From NCBI GenBank assembly GCA_951804945.1, contig OX638155.1:5518001-5582000 (forward strand): DNA of 64,000 nucleotides, read 5' to 3'. Source of the DNA: Podarcis cretensis (taxonomy: Eukaryota). Every line of letters starts with the position of its first letter. Within the stretch, counting starts at the first letter, position 1. This document shows positions 34,475 to 46,794 of this stretch, in pieces. The notes under the pieces were generated by a model, which saw only the letters and a list, made by a program, of their open reading frames with translations, ran no database searches and was not told where the DNA came from. Made by a program: the position numbers and the translations under genes.

Positions 34475-36895
34475 ATGGAAGACAGGCGGAAGGAAAACAG
34501 CAGATCAGTAAGAAGGCAAGTACCTCTCCTCCTATTATTCTCTCTGTGTGGTCAGATTGCCTCAGAGCACATTCATTATTCCATCCCTGAAGAAATGGAA
34601 AAGGGATCCATTGTGGGAAACCTAGCCAAAGACCTGAGCCTGAATAATGGAAAAATAGGAAATGATAATCTGCGTATCCTTTCCCTAGGTAAAAAGCAAT
34701 ACTTCACTCTCAGTACAGAAAATGGAAATCTGTATGTAAGGGAGAGGATTGATAGAGAGGAATTATGTGGGCAAACTGCATTCTGCTCCATCAATTTTGA
34801 AGTGGTGGTTGAGAGTCCTATGAATATTTTTCATATAACTGTAGAGATCCAAGACATTAATGATCATGCACCACATTTTGTAAATGGGGATATCAAGCTG
34901 GAGATAAGTGAATTGTCTTTACAAGGCACCACATTTCTCCTTGGACAAGCTGAAGATCCTGATCTTGGGGTGAATTCTCTCCAGGATTACAACCTTAGCA
35001 CAAATCCATACTTTATTCTGGAAGTGAGAGAAAGAAAGGATGGAAATAAATATGCAGAATTAGTATTGAATAAACAGTTAGATCGGGAAAGTGAGAGCAG
35101 TTTCCAATTAATCCTTACGGCGCTGGATGGAGGGAAGCCTGCCAAAACTGGAACAGCCAAAATTTGGATAACCGTCATTGATGCAAATGACAACCCACCA
35201 GTCTTCACTCAAAAAGTATACGCGGTCAAGCTGAAAGAAAATGCCCCCAAAGGGTCATCAGTGGTCCAGGTGAAAGCCACAGATAGAGATGATGGTTCAA
35301 ATGCCCAGATAAACTATAGTTTTAGTAACATCCCAAAAATCGCTCACCAGAAATTCTACTTGGATCCACAAGATGGGACAATTATAGTTAAGGAGGTTCT
35401 GGACTTTGAGGAAACAGAAGGATATGTAATGGCAGTGGAAGCAAGAGATGGGGGAGGATTAGTAGCTCAATGCAATGTTGAAATAACACTCCTAGATGAG
35501 AATGACAATGCACCGGAAGTGATTCTTGCCTCTTTATCCAGCCCCATCCCTGAAGACTCTGCAGTAGGAACCCTGGTAGCCCTTATCAATGTAAATGATA
35601 GAGACTCTGGAGACAATGGAAAGATTACTTGTGACATACAACACACTTTGCCATTCAAAATGGTATCAGCCTCCAATAATTATTATAAGCTTCTTACAGA
35701 CGCCCCCTTGGACAGAGAAAGAACTCCAGAGTACAATATCACAGTCACAGCCGCAGACAAAGGCAACCCTCCTCTTTCCACATACAAAACCATCACACTG
35801 CAGATCTCAGACATCAATGACAATTGCCCCGTCTTTGAGAAACCCTATTATACTGCCTATGTCCCAGAGAATAACCCTTCAGGCTCCTCCATTTTCAGGG
35901 TCAAAGCCTCCGACCCAGATGTGGACCAGAATGCTCAAATCACCTACTCCATTCGCAACAGCATCACTGAGGGGCTGCCTCTCTCATCCTTCCTCTCCAT
36001 TAATTCTGAGACTGGCACTATCTATGCTCAGCGCTCCTTTGACTATGAGCAAGTCAGGGAGTTTCAAGTGGAGGTGAGGGCCGAAGATGGAGGCTCCCCC
36101 TGCCTCAGCAGCAATGCCACCGTGAGAGTGTGTATTCTGGACCAGAATGACCAAAGCCCTCAGATTCTTTACCCTTCTCAAGGAGTAGAGGGCTCCTCCT
36201 TGTTTGAGATGGTGCCTCGCTCAGCAGAGGAGGGTTATCTGGTGACCAAGGTGGTGGCTGTGGATGCTGACTCTGGACACAACGCTTGGCTCTCCTACTA
36301 TCTGCTCCAGGCAACAGAACCTGGGCTGTTCTCCATTGGTTCCCATACTGGGGAGATCAGGACCTCACGGGCTTTTCTGGAAAGAGATGCTGTGAAGCAG
36401 AAGCTCATCATCTTAGTCAAGGATAATGGACAGCCACCACTATCTGCTACTGTGAGTCTCAATCTGGTGTTTGCTGAGAACTTCCAGGAGGCACTTCCGG
36501 AACTTAGCCACCAGCCCAGTGACTCCGAGTATCAATCGGATCTGCAGTTCTTCTTGGTGCTGGCCTTAGCTTTGATCTCCTTCTTATTCCTCCTGACAGT
36601 AATTCTGGCCATTCTCATGAAGATTCGGCGATCAGGGAACCCCCAATTCCTGCAGTGTTTTGCTCCTGTTCCCCATTCAAACAACACGGTCATTTTCCCA
36701 CCAAACTATGAAGAAGGAACATTGCCATATTCGTATCAGCTGTGCTTATCTTCTGAGTCCAGGGTACAGGAGTTCACCTTTCCAACACCCAATCTTCAAA
36801 CTGCAGGGAATGTTTCATGCAACACTCAGTCTGATGCACCTTTGACTGTCAATGGAGGTAATATCCTAATTTCTGAGATGGATAGAACTGCTATG
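34475..36895 (+). CDS. PCDHGB: Protocadherin gamma B-like variable exon V7 (subfamily Y, 807 codons to donor)
   Basis: Six EC repeats plus TM. Donor ATG|GTGAGT at 36895/36896. Confidence 0.93.
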
Positions 36896-37555
36896 GTGAG
36901 TTGTTTTTTTCAACAGAACATGGTGAACAGATTCTGCATTCCATGCATATCAATAGAGTACTAATATATTTTAAGCTCACTCATCTTGGAAAGTTTTCTT
37001 TTGAGCAGTATCTGCTGCTACACAATTGGTGCATTTTTTTTTTACTGAAATTGAATATTTGAAAGTATATTATAATAATCAGTTTACTCTTTCATCTCCG
37101 TATATACAGGTAATATAGTTTAATTAATTATTTCATTCCCTCTTATTCCCTTTTAGATATTTGTATTCACTTTACCCTCTTTCCCTAATCATGATCTTCA
37201 TGAATTCAGCTGAATGTCCCTATAGAACCAACACAATGCTGCAAATGGTGGGGTCTCTTGGCATATGTAAGGGACGAGGTGTATGCAATTTGTAAGTTTG
37301 CAAACTTGCTTCAGAACTTTAGCTGAAATTTTGGAGGTCTTTACTGAATTTTTTTTGTGCTTTTAATGTTACAGAGTAACAAGCAGGGTCTGGTTTCAGC
37401 CAGCTTTTTCCATAATATCCCATTCCTCCTCCTCCCCTGTTTTATATTTTTCTCCTGCAACAGGCATTGAGCATTGTGTTTCTACTGAGCATGCTCTGCT
37501 GTCTTTGGTCAGTTTGGGTTTCACCTTCTCTTGTTTTTTTGTACTTCTGTAAAAC

Positions 37556-37741
37556 TGGAGGTTTCCTCAAGACTACGGACACACTTGGTCCATCAAGCTA
37601 AGTACTGTTCACACTAACTAGCAACAGCTCACCAGGTCTTCAGACCAAAGACCTTCGCTTTCCTACCTCAAGATTCTGAGGATTGAACTGTGAACCTTTT
37701 GAAGGAAAAGCGGATTCTCTACCACTGAGCTATGACCTTTC
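37556..37741 (-). mobile_element. Old tRNA-derived squamate SINE (Squam3-like)
   Basis: Minus strand reads aggtcatagctcagtggtagagaatccgctttt...aaggttcacagttcaatcctcagaatcttgaggtagg...gtgtgaacagtacttagcttgatggacc: decayed A/B boxes and body. Family name is from memory. Confidence 0.65.
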
Positions 37742-38101
37742 TGCTTTTTGAACTGGAACATCACTAGCCCAAAGCTCACGCCTCGGCCTGTCAAGAATGA
37801 ATGCATTGTGATAGTCACAGACCATAGCAATGTATTGAGAGTAATGAAAGGAAACTTTTAATATAAGGAAAGGCAAAGTGACTTAGCACTTCCATATAAA
37901 ATCCACATACCCCAAGTTGACATAGGAAATGATACAAAACTATAAGGAAATTTAAATAATCTTAAACATAAGATATATCAGTACAACAAAATTAATCATA
38001 CAAGATTAATAATCTAAAGCATTGGACTATAAATTAAAATCCAGTCAGTCAAATAAGTGTAATTATTCCCTTTTCCAATTAATGTCTTCATGTGCCTTAT
38101 A

Positions 38102-38343
38102 CAGTGGTACCTCAGGTTAAGAACATAATTTGTTCCGGAGGTCTGTTCCTAACCTGAAACTGTTCTTAACCTGAAGCACCACTTTTGCTAATAGGGCATC
38201 CTGCTGCCACTGTGCCGCCGCTGCACAATTTCTGTTCTCATCTTGAAGCAAGGTTCTTAACCCATGGTACTATTTTTGGGTTAGCGGAGTCTGTAACCTG
38301 AAGCGTATGTAACCTGAAGCGTATGTAAGCCGAGGTCCCACTG
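38102..38343. mobile_element. Tc1/mariner (Tigger-like) MITE
   Basis: TA|cagtggtacctc ... gaggtcccactg|TA: TIRs, TA TSD, internal repeats of taacctgaag(cgtatg). Confidence 0.88.
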
Positions 38344-39039
38344 TAATTTCTACAGCTGGTATAAATGTGACATGCTTTTTGAAGTTCAGGGCACTCAATC
38401 ACAGATAAAGACAAACAGATAAAGACGAAAAACCAAGGAAAGTTGGGACTGATAGATCTATCTTTGATGAATCAATAATTATCCCCACTATTTACTCATT
38501 TTGGGGTACAAATCCAGGGATTAGTTCAGTATTATTTCTTCCGAAATAGTTGTGCAATAGGTGCAATTCTTGATATGTCCTTTATAGCAAATTTGCTTCC
38601 CATAGGATCTACATAATTTTCTGTTTAACATGGTGTAGCATATAGATTTTGTATAATATGTGGAATTGTATAATGTAGATACTATTTAGCTCTACTTGGG
38701 TCTAGAGCACTGGATACCACCCATGGTATCTAGTATTTAAGAAGGGGAAACCTTTATAACACGCAGTAAGTGAATCTAATATTGCCCATGAAATAATGCC
38801 ATGGGGGATCATTAAATCCTGGAAATGATATGTCAAGAAGGCACACTGATTTGTTCTTATCCATAAAATATAGGTGGGGGGAAACTAATGTGCCCTGGTG
38901 TTGGGATCGAGTAGGGAAAGGGGAGAAGGAATGGTGACTAAGGGATACATACCTGTCTTTCAAAGAGTTGCTTTAGGATAACGTTGTAACTGCTAGTTGA
39001 CTTGACTATCACAAGGAGCCACAATGTCAGACCACAATG

Positions 39040-39740
39040 TCAGAAGTGATGATACAAGTACTCTTGAACAAAACAGAGTATCTTGACCCATTTTAATCTG
39101 CTTTCGGGCCTTGGTTATGGGTCTTAATTGACCTTTGTCACTCTGATGGGTGATCTTTACTAGGGGAAGTACAGGGGAAGTATAATCCTTTTAACCTTAC
39201 CTGATTTCTCAGTGGCTTTTGACACAATTACCTTTATATTTTTCTGAACTGACTTAATGGGATGGGTACTGGAGACACTGTTTAACAATGGTTCTGATTC
39301 TATTTCCAGAGTTGGTTTCTGAAAACAGCCTTGGGTGATTGTCTTTTAGCCCGCTGGCAGTTGTGCTGGTGGGTGCCACAGGGTACCATTTTGTCTTCAG
39401 TGCTGTTTGACATCTATATATGAAGCCTCTGGAGATAGTCATTGAGAAATTTGGGGCAATGTGTCATCAGCATGCTGATGATGCTGAGCTCTACTTCTCT
39501 GTAACTTCTGAATGAGAAGCGGTTGTGCAAGCCCTGGACTCGTGCCTAGGCTTAGTGTTCAGCTGAATGATGGCCAACAAAACTCTGAATCCTGGCAAGA
39601 CAGAGGAGCTTTGAGTGGGTGTCCCTGAGGCTGGATAACTGGTCAGTTGTTTGCTTTCAGTGGGGTCCTCCTGAAATGGCAGATTCATAGTCTGGGGGTG
39701 CTACAAATATACTAATAATTGTCACTAGAGGCCCAGGTGA
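39040..39740 (+). mobile_element. Degraded L2-clade LINE reverse transcriptase fragment
   Basis: Broken frames give YLDPF.SAF, D.SVAFDT, GVPQG.IL, CHQHADDAELY (YADD-like), L.LNPGKTE. Confidence 0.75.
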
Positions 39741-40623
39741 CCAGAATTCTACAGTCAAGGAATCCTCCTGTCACCTGCTAACACCTTTTCTTTCTCAAAG
39801 CCAATGTTGTTGTTTTTTCAGGAGGAAGGAAGAAATTAACAAGAATAGGAGAGCAAAAGCTCTGGTTTCTAATCAAACACTAAAAAACCCTATCTGTGTT
39901 TGTTTTGTTTTCTTTTGACATACTTTGGTTTATGTTTGTGTTCTATGGGACAGCTGAGATCATTGTCAACTCATAGGTTTATTCTGATTTATTTGGGGAA
40001 AATATCCCTTCTAATAAAACTGAAAAAAAGCAAGAGATCTGTGGTTGGGTAAACTTATCTGTTACATTTTGAGATTATATCTTTGGCATCAAAGCAGAAA
40101 TCACAGATATCAGCAACAATTGCCCATGTTTCTATCAGGAAAATGCAAAATAAGATCAATGGGATATCAATGCTGGGATATCAGTGCCGTAGTTCTAGTT
40201 TCCATTCTATGAAGCTTAGTTAAGTTTCTCTTTTAGTACAAATTATTTCCAGACAAAACAGTGCAACAATCACTGTAGTAAAACCCCTTAAAGTAAAAGC
40301 CACTGAAGAGGTAATTCAAAAAGAGAAAGGAAAAAAGAAATGCTGGCTCATAAATTGTGGAAGCAGATCCTTGTATACAAGGAAAGTTGCACTTGGAGAA
40401 ACACAGAATCATATCAGAGGAGATTCCCACCCCAGTGCCAAGCCCTGCAGGAAAGAGAGAATCCCCAATATATGACTATCCTGGCTCTGCTTGAATAACT
40501 GCAGCAAAGCAGCTCCATTGCTGAACAGCTCTTAGCATTGGGATGTTTCTCCTTCACATTCCAAAATATAATACCCAAACTACTGTTCTATTTTCAACTA
40601 CAGTAAATGAGAAAAAAATCCCT

Positions 40624-40665
40624 TGTAGTTCTCCATTTGAGCCTCAGGGTGTCACTGTTGGCCAG
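40624..40665 (+). promoter_or_regulatory. CSE / CTCF site of V8 promoter
   Basis: tgtagttctccatttgagcctcagggtgtcactgttggccag (42 bp, CACT core). Confidence 0.85.
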
Positions 40666-40923
40666 TGTGGCAGCCAGACTGATAAGAGAAAAGATCCACG
40701 CATGTGTTTCCTAAGGAGCAACTGTTTAATCATTGCTGTGCAAGTTGGACAAGCAGCACAGCACAAAGACAGAGCAATCCTGCTAGAAAGGAAAAGAAAA
40801 TTCAACTACTTTCTATAAACATTAAGAAGAAAGGCAGCTTATTTTTCCTTGTGGTGATCCTGCACCTTGATGGGGCTTTGATCTGATCTGCAAAAGGAAG
40901 CAGCTAATTTGTTGTAAAGCCAG

Positions 40924-43344
40924 ATGGACAGAAGACACGACGACAATGGCAGAGCATTCAGAAGGCAAGTACTGCTTCTCTTACTTTTGTCGCCTTCCTG
41001 CTGGGCTGCCTCAGAGCAGATTCGTTATTCTATCCCTGAGGAGATGGCAAAGGGTTCGATTGTGGGGAATCTGGCCAAGGATTTGGGACTGAATACAAGA
41101 GATCTTGCAAAGCGCAATCTGCATGCGGTCTCTGTGAACAAAATGCAGTATTTCAGTATTAATGCAGAGAATGGAAACCTCTATGTAAGTGACAGAATAG
41201 ATAGGGAGCAGCTATGTGACATAACTCCCATTTGCGTAGTAAATTTTGAGGTGGTAGTTGAAAATCCCCTCAATATCTTCCATTTAACTATAGCAATTCA
41301 GGACATTAATGATAATGCACCACTGTTTCCCAATGACAACATCAACTTGGAGACAAGTGAACTTACTGTACCAGGTGCACGATTTCTCCTTGGGAAAGCT
41401 GAAGATCCTGACATTGGCATGAATTCCCTCCAGAATTACCAGTTGAGCACCAATCGGTACTTCACTTTGGAAGTTAGAGAAATGGAAGATGGAAGTAAAA
41501 ATGCAGAACTGGTGTTGCAGAAATCTTTGGATCGGGAAAGTGAGCACTCTCTTCACTTGATCCTTACAGCCTTGGATGGGGGTGAACCCAGAAAAACGGG
41601 GACTGCCCAGATATGGATTAATGTCACAGATGCCAATGACAACCCACCAGTTTTCACTCAAGAAGTGTACAAGGTCAGTGTGCATGAAGAAGCTCCTGTT
41701 GGGTCCTTTGTGCTCCAAGTTGTAGCCTCTGACAAAGATGATGGTTTAAACGCCCAGATCAGATATGAATTCAGCAACATTCCAGTGAATGGACAAAAGA
41801 AATTTGGCCTGGATCCAGTTGATGGCATAATCTCCCTTCTGCAGATGTTGGATTTTGAGGAAACAAGAAGATATACTATGACAGCAGCAGCAAAGGATGG
41901 AGGTGGATTGGTGACACACTGCAACATTGAAATAAATGTTCTTGATGGGAATGATAATGCCCCAGAAGTGACGTTAGCCTCCATGTTCAGCCCTGTTCCT
42001 GAGGATTCTCTGCCGGGAACTGTCATTGCTCTGATCAATGTAAATGACAAAGATAGTGGAGATAATGGAAAAGTTACTTGCTACTTACAAGATGATTTAC
42101 CCTTCAAAATTCTTCCCTCATCTAACAATTACTTCAAGCTCCAGACAGACAGTCTCCTGGACAGAGAAATAGCTCCTGCGTATAATATTACAATCACAGC
42201 CACTGACAGAGGAACTCCACCTCTTTCCACACACAAAATAATCTCACTACAGATCTCAGATATCAATGATAATGCCCCTACATTTCAGAGATCAACCTAC
42301 AGCATCTATGTGCCAGAAAACAATCCTTCAGGTGCCTCCATTTTCACCATCAAAGCCTCTGATTCTGACATGGATCAGAACTCACGGATCACATACTCCA
42401 TCCTCAACAGCAACATCGAGGAGCTTCCCATCTCCTCCTATATCTCCATTAATTCAGAGACCGGCACCATCTATGCCCAGAGATCCTTTGACTATGAACA
42501 ATTCCGAGAGTTCCATCTTCAAGTGAAGGCCCAAGATGGGGGTTCTCCCCCTCTCAGCAGCAATGTGAGCGTCAGGGTGTTTGTTCTTGACAGGAATGAT
42601 AACAGCCCTCGTATCCTGTCCCCCTCACAAGAAGCCAAGGGCTCAGCCTTGTTTGAGATGGTGCCTCGTTCGGCCGAGGCAGATTATCTTGTCACCAAGG
42701 TGGTGGCCGTGGATGCAGATTCTGGACACAACGCCTGGCTCTCCTACCACCTGACTCAGGCCACTGAGCCGGCACTCTTCACGGTTGGTTCTCATACTGG
42801 AGAGATCAGGACAGCCAGGGCCTTTGTGGAGAGAGACGCTGTGAAACAGAGACTGGTCATTATGGTGAAGGATAACGGGCAGCCGTCTCTCTCGGCCACT
42901 ATTACTCTGAACCTGGTGTTTGCTGAGAACTTTCAGGAGGCCCTTCCGGAAATGAAGAGCCAACCCAGCAGCTTGGAGTATCAGTCTGACCTGCAGTTCT
43001 ACTTGGTGCTGGCCTTAGCTGTGATCTCCTTCTTGTTCCTCTTGACTGTCATTCTGGCTGTTACAATGAAGCTCCGTCAATCAGGGCATCCCAGGTTCCT
43101 ACAGTGCTTTGGTCCTGTTCCCCATTCCAAGAATGGTGCCATCTTCCCACCCAACTTTGAAGATGGGACTTTGCCCTATTCCTACCAGCTGTGTCTGTCT
43201 TCTGAGACCAGGAAGAATGAGTTTGCCTTCCTGACACCCAATGTACAGATGGTAGACAATATTGTTAGCGGTGAGAAACCTGATCTGCCTTTTACAGGCA
43301 ACAGTGGAAACAATTTTCAGTCTGAAAAGGCTAAGGATGAAGAG
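40924..43344 (+). CDS. PCDHGB: Protocadherin gamma B-like variable exon V8 (subfamily X, 807 codons to donor)
   Basis: Six EC repeats plus TM. Donor GAG|GTAAGC at 43344/43345. Confidence 0.93.
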
Positions 43345-43427
43345 GTAAGCTTTATGGTTAGGAATTCTTTGTATTGCACCTTTGATACTCTTCTCCCCAT
43401 TTCTGCAGAATTTTTTATTCTATTTTA

Positions 43428-44482
43428 GCAGTTATGGAATAAGAGGAGATTGGTAAGTGGAGAGTAGGAATAAAGCGACGATTCTCCTTATAGAGAGATG
43501 TAGAAGGTATGATCCTCCAAGAATCAGTATTGAGCTTTTAAACTTGTTCATAAATGATCTAAAATTAGGAGCAAGCCATGATGTAGCCAAGTTTGCTAAT
43601 CCCAAATAGTTCAGAGTGGTTAAAACAAGAAGGGGTTACAAAGAGCTCGCAAAGGATCTCTCCAAACCATACCGAGTGAATGTACAGTAAAATGGCAAAT
43701 GCTATTTAATGTGAACAAGTGTAAAGTGGGCTAAAAGAACTGTTGTTTCAGTTATATGCTTATGGGGACTAAACAGGAATGAGATCTTGGGGTCATAGCG
43801 AACAGTTTGATGAAGATGTTGACATAGCATGAGAGACCTGTGGAAAAAAAGAAAATAAATTTTGGAATAGTGTGTATAGTTCTGGTCAACTTACCTAAAA
43901 ACAGGTAAGGTGGAGCTGGAAAATATGAACCAAAATTGGCAAGGGGATGGAGCCATTCACCCTTTTAACTTACTTTGATACAGCTTACAGAAAAGGGAAT
44001 TAAGTGAAGACATGGTATTGGTGTATATAATTATGCGTTGTATGGAAAGTGTGGGTGGATAAGTGCCCCCTTCCCCACATAACACTAAAACTAAGACACA
44101 TCCAATGAAGCTGAATGTTGGAAGATTCAGGACAGACAGCAGAAAATACTTCTTCACACAGCACTGAGTTAAACTGCGGAGTTTGTTCCCATGAGAGGTA
44201 GTGATGCCCACTAACCTGGGTGGTTTTAAAAGAGAAATGGACACATTCATGTACAACATTCTTTCATGGCCTGCTAGCAATGGTGTCTAGGTTCTATCTC
44301 CATAGTTAGAGATAGTATGTCTCTGAATACCAGTTGTTGGGAATCAGAATTGAGGAGAGTGCTGTTGCACTCAGGCCCCACTTTTGGGCTTCCTGTAGGC
44401 AACCAGTTGACCGCAAGGAAAATAATATTCTGAACTAAATAGGACACTGGCCTGATCCAACATGCTCTTCTTATATTTTTAT
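43428..44482 (+). mobile_element. Degraded CR1 LINE 3' portion
   Basis: Remnants of PQ.SV, LFINDL, AKFA, KWQM.FNVNKCKV, RDLGV. Then the CR1 3'UTR-like ccaatgaagctgaatgttggaagattcaggacagac..aaatacttcttcacacag and terminal ggcctgatccaacatgctcttcttat. Confidence 0.8.
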
Positions 44483-46495
44483 GTTAATCATGTGCTTCTA
44501 ATTTATTCTATCTACAGAAGTTCTGTTAGAAAGTGAAGAGACTGTGGATTTGCCTGTATTTTATGTCATAGCTATGTTTTGTGTAGATGTCAAGTTACTG
44601 AGGCTAAGAGTTTGGGGCTGAATTCAGCCAAGGAGGTGTGCCAAATGCAGGAGGTCTGAAATGAATCTGCACACACAGAAATGTTGAGGATGGGACTTGT
44701 GTGTGCACCTGCACACACAAGCATGCACATATATCGTCCCAAACACCTGTGATTTTGGTGAAGACTAAGAGCTGTTCCAAAATAGTTACTTTTGTGTTTA
44801 ATCTTTCTTCCAGTGTAGAAGGAGCAGCATTATATTGCTCAGCTCTCTATCCTGAGAAAGCTTTTAAATGAAGGTCCCATTCACTGAACGAAGCAATATG
44901 TGCATGCACTGTAAAGGTTCTACTTCTGAGGAAGACACACACACACTTGAACTATGCCACCATATTGTTCAGAATTTCATCAAAAGAATACAATACTGAT
45001 CTGGAAGTTCAGAAAATAAACACGGATCTTCTAGTCCTCCTCTGACTGTAACAATTTACAATGCAAGGGATTAAAACATATATTGCATGCTTTCCTCTTC
45101 TACTCATAATAATGTGTTCACATCGGACTCAAATCTTCTAGACTACATTTTCCTTCTCTCTACATCATGGGAAGAGTATAGTAAGTGATTTTACGAGACA
45201 TGTAGGTAGCCATAGCAGTGCTAGATGATGCCTTGTCAAGTGCTGCTTTAATATTCCACAACGTAATCTAGCATTCCACTGTTTAGCATTCTAACCGTGA
45301 TATTTTATTGATGTGACTCTTACCTTTGTACAATAGACCACATTTCAACCATGCAAAATTCAGAGGTTTTAATATCTCCACTTCTATAGATCTTTGACTC
45401 CTCCAGCCAGGCAAGCAGCAATATCTTAGTTCAAGGACACATTGCAGCCAGCAAAAGCTCTTGAAGAGGGCAAGGAAGAAGGCCAGTGAGGGGTTGAGGG
45501 GTGTGATTTGGGAAGGGAGGGAAGCCTACGGAAAGCCTGAGCGGTGGGGAGAGAGGACTCAAGTTCCCAAGAAAAACTGTAGCATGATCTCGAGTAAGCA
45601 TTGTACTTTTAGTGCTGTTCTCATTATATGACTGAATTGCATAAGTCAAGTAATGCCTTAAGAGAAGAAAAAGAACTTGCCAAACATTAGGAATTTCTCC
45701 AGGTATCCCAGATCACTCACATCACTGTCACCTAACACAGCTATGTACATAACTGATTAAGTGCATCAACTGGCAAGTAGGTGAGGAGACAATTGTCCAC
45801 AAGACAGTTGGTGCAATAGAAAGTAGAACTGTGGTACCTTACAGGGGAAATTTTGTGTGACACAGAGATTCCAAAGGCCTTATTGCACATTTTGGGAAAA
45901 TAACTTTTAAACTCAGAATTCATTAGGTCTGAGAACCACTTCCTGTGATTAAATATGTTGACACGTACCTATATGGATGAACAGTTTCTAACTGTCAGAA
46001 AAATACGATTGCACAACTGTACTATCAGACAAGGACACTAATCAGTCAGTTCAGTTTTCTGAAGCGCACCCCCATGAGCAATGCCAAATGTGCTGCTACG
46101 AAAGTGTGAAAGCACCGCAGGGGCAAATTAAATGATTGGAATAATTTTCAGCACCCTTGTATGTTTATTACAAAATAATCAGTTTTCTCTGGTATTTTGA
46201 AGCTATCATTCCTAAGTACTCAGGGGTAATAAGGTAGGGAAAATGACATAAATTACTTGGGAAAGGGATCATTTCTAAAATATATAATTTGTTTGTTTTC
46301 TGTAGGTCAGTTTTGTCTAATCAAGTTGAGTTGTTGCTTATCCTAATTTCAAAACACAGAGACCAAACTCTCTCTCTCTTTTTTTTTTTTTTTACCATAC
46401 CACAAAAGATTCTCTACCTGAGAATCATTGTACGTAAGATTAAAAATGGCAAGAAATCCCTTATATGTTATTTACTTAAAAGAAAAGACACATCT

Positions 46496-46537
46496 TGCAG
46501 TTCCCCATCTAAGACTCAGTGTGTCACTGTTGGCCAA
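46496..46537 (+). promoter_or_regulatory. CSE / CTCF site of V9 promoter
   Basis: tgcagttccccatctaagactcagtgtgtcactgttggccaa (42 bp, CACT core). Confidence 0.85.
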
Positions 46538-46794
46538 TATAGTTCTCATGGAGGAGTGGAGAATCCACTACCAGATGCTTTTGCAATGTGATTGCTCATG
46601 AACAAACTACAGAGCCGGGAAACAGCAGAACACAGGAACAAAACCACTGCAAAGTATAGAAATCCAGCAGCAGCAGCTACTGACTTCATTCATAATTCTT
46701 TATTGAACACTTCTACAGAGTGAATGGGTTTTAATACGCCTCAATTTAACTAATCACAGAAAGAAAGGATAAAGCACATTTCTCTGCAAGAGGG

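Noticed and set aside
34852-34872. DINDH in place of DxNDN in V7 and V9
   Set aside because: DxNDH is a common tolerated variant in clustered protocadherins; useful only as a conversion marker.
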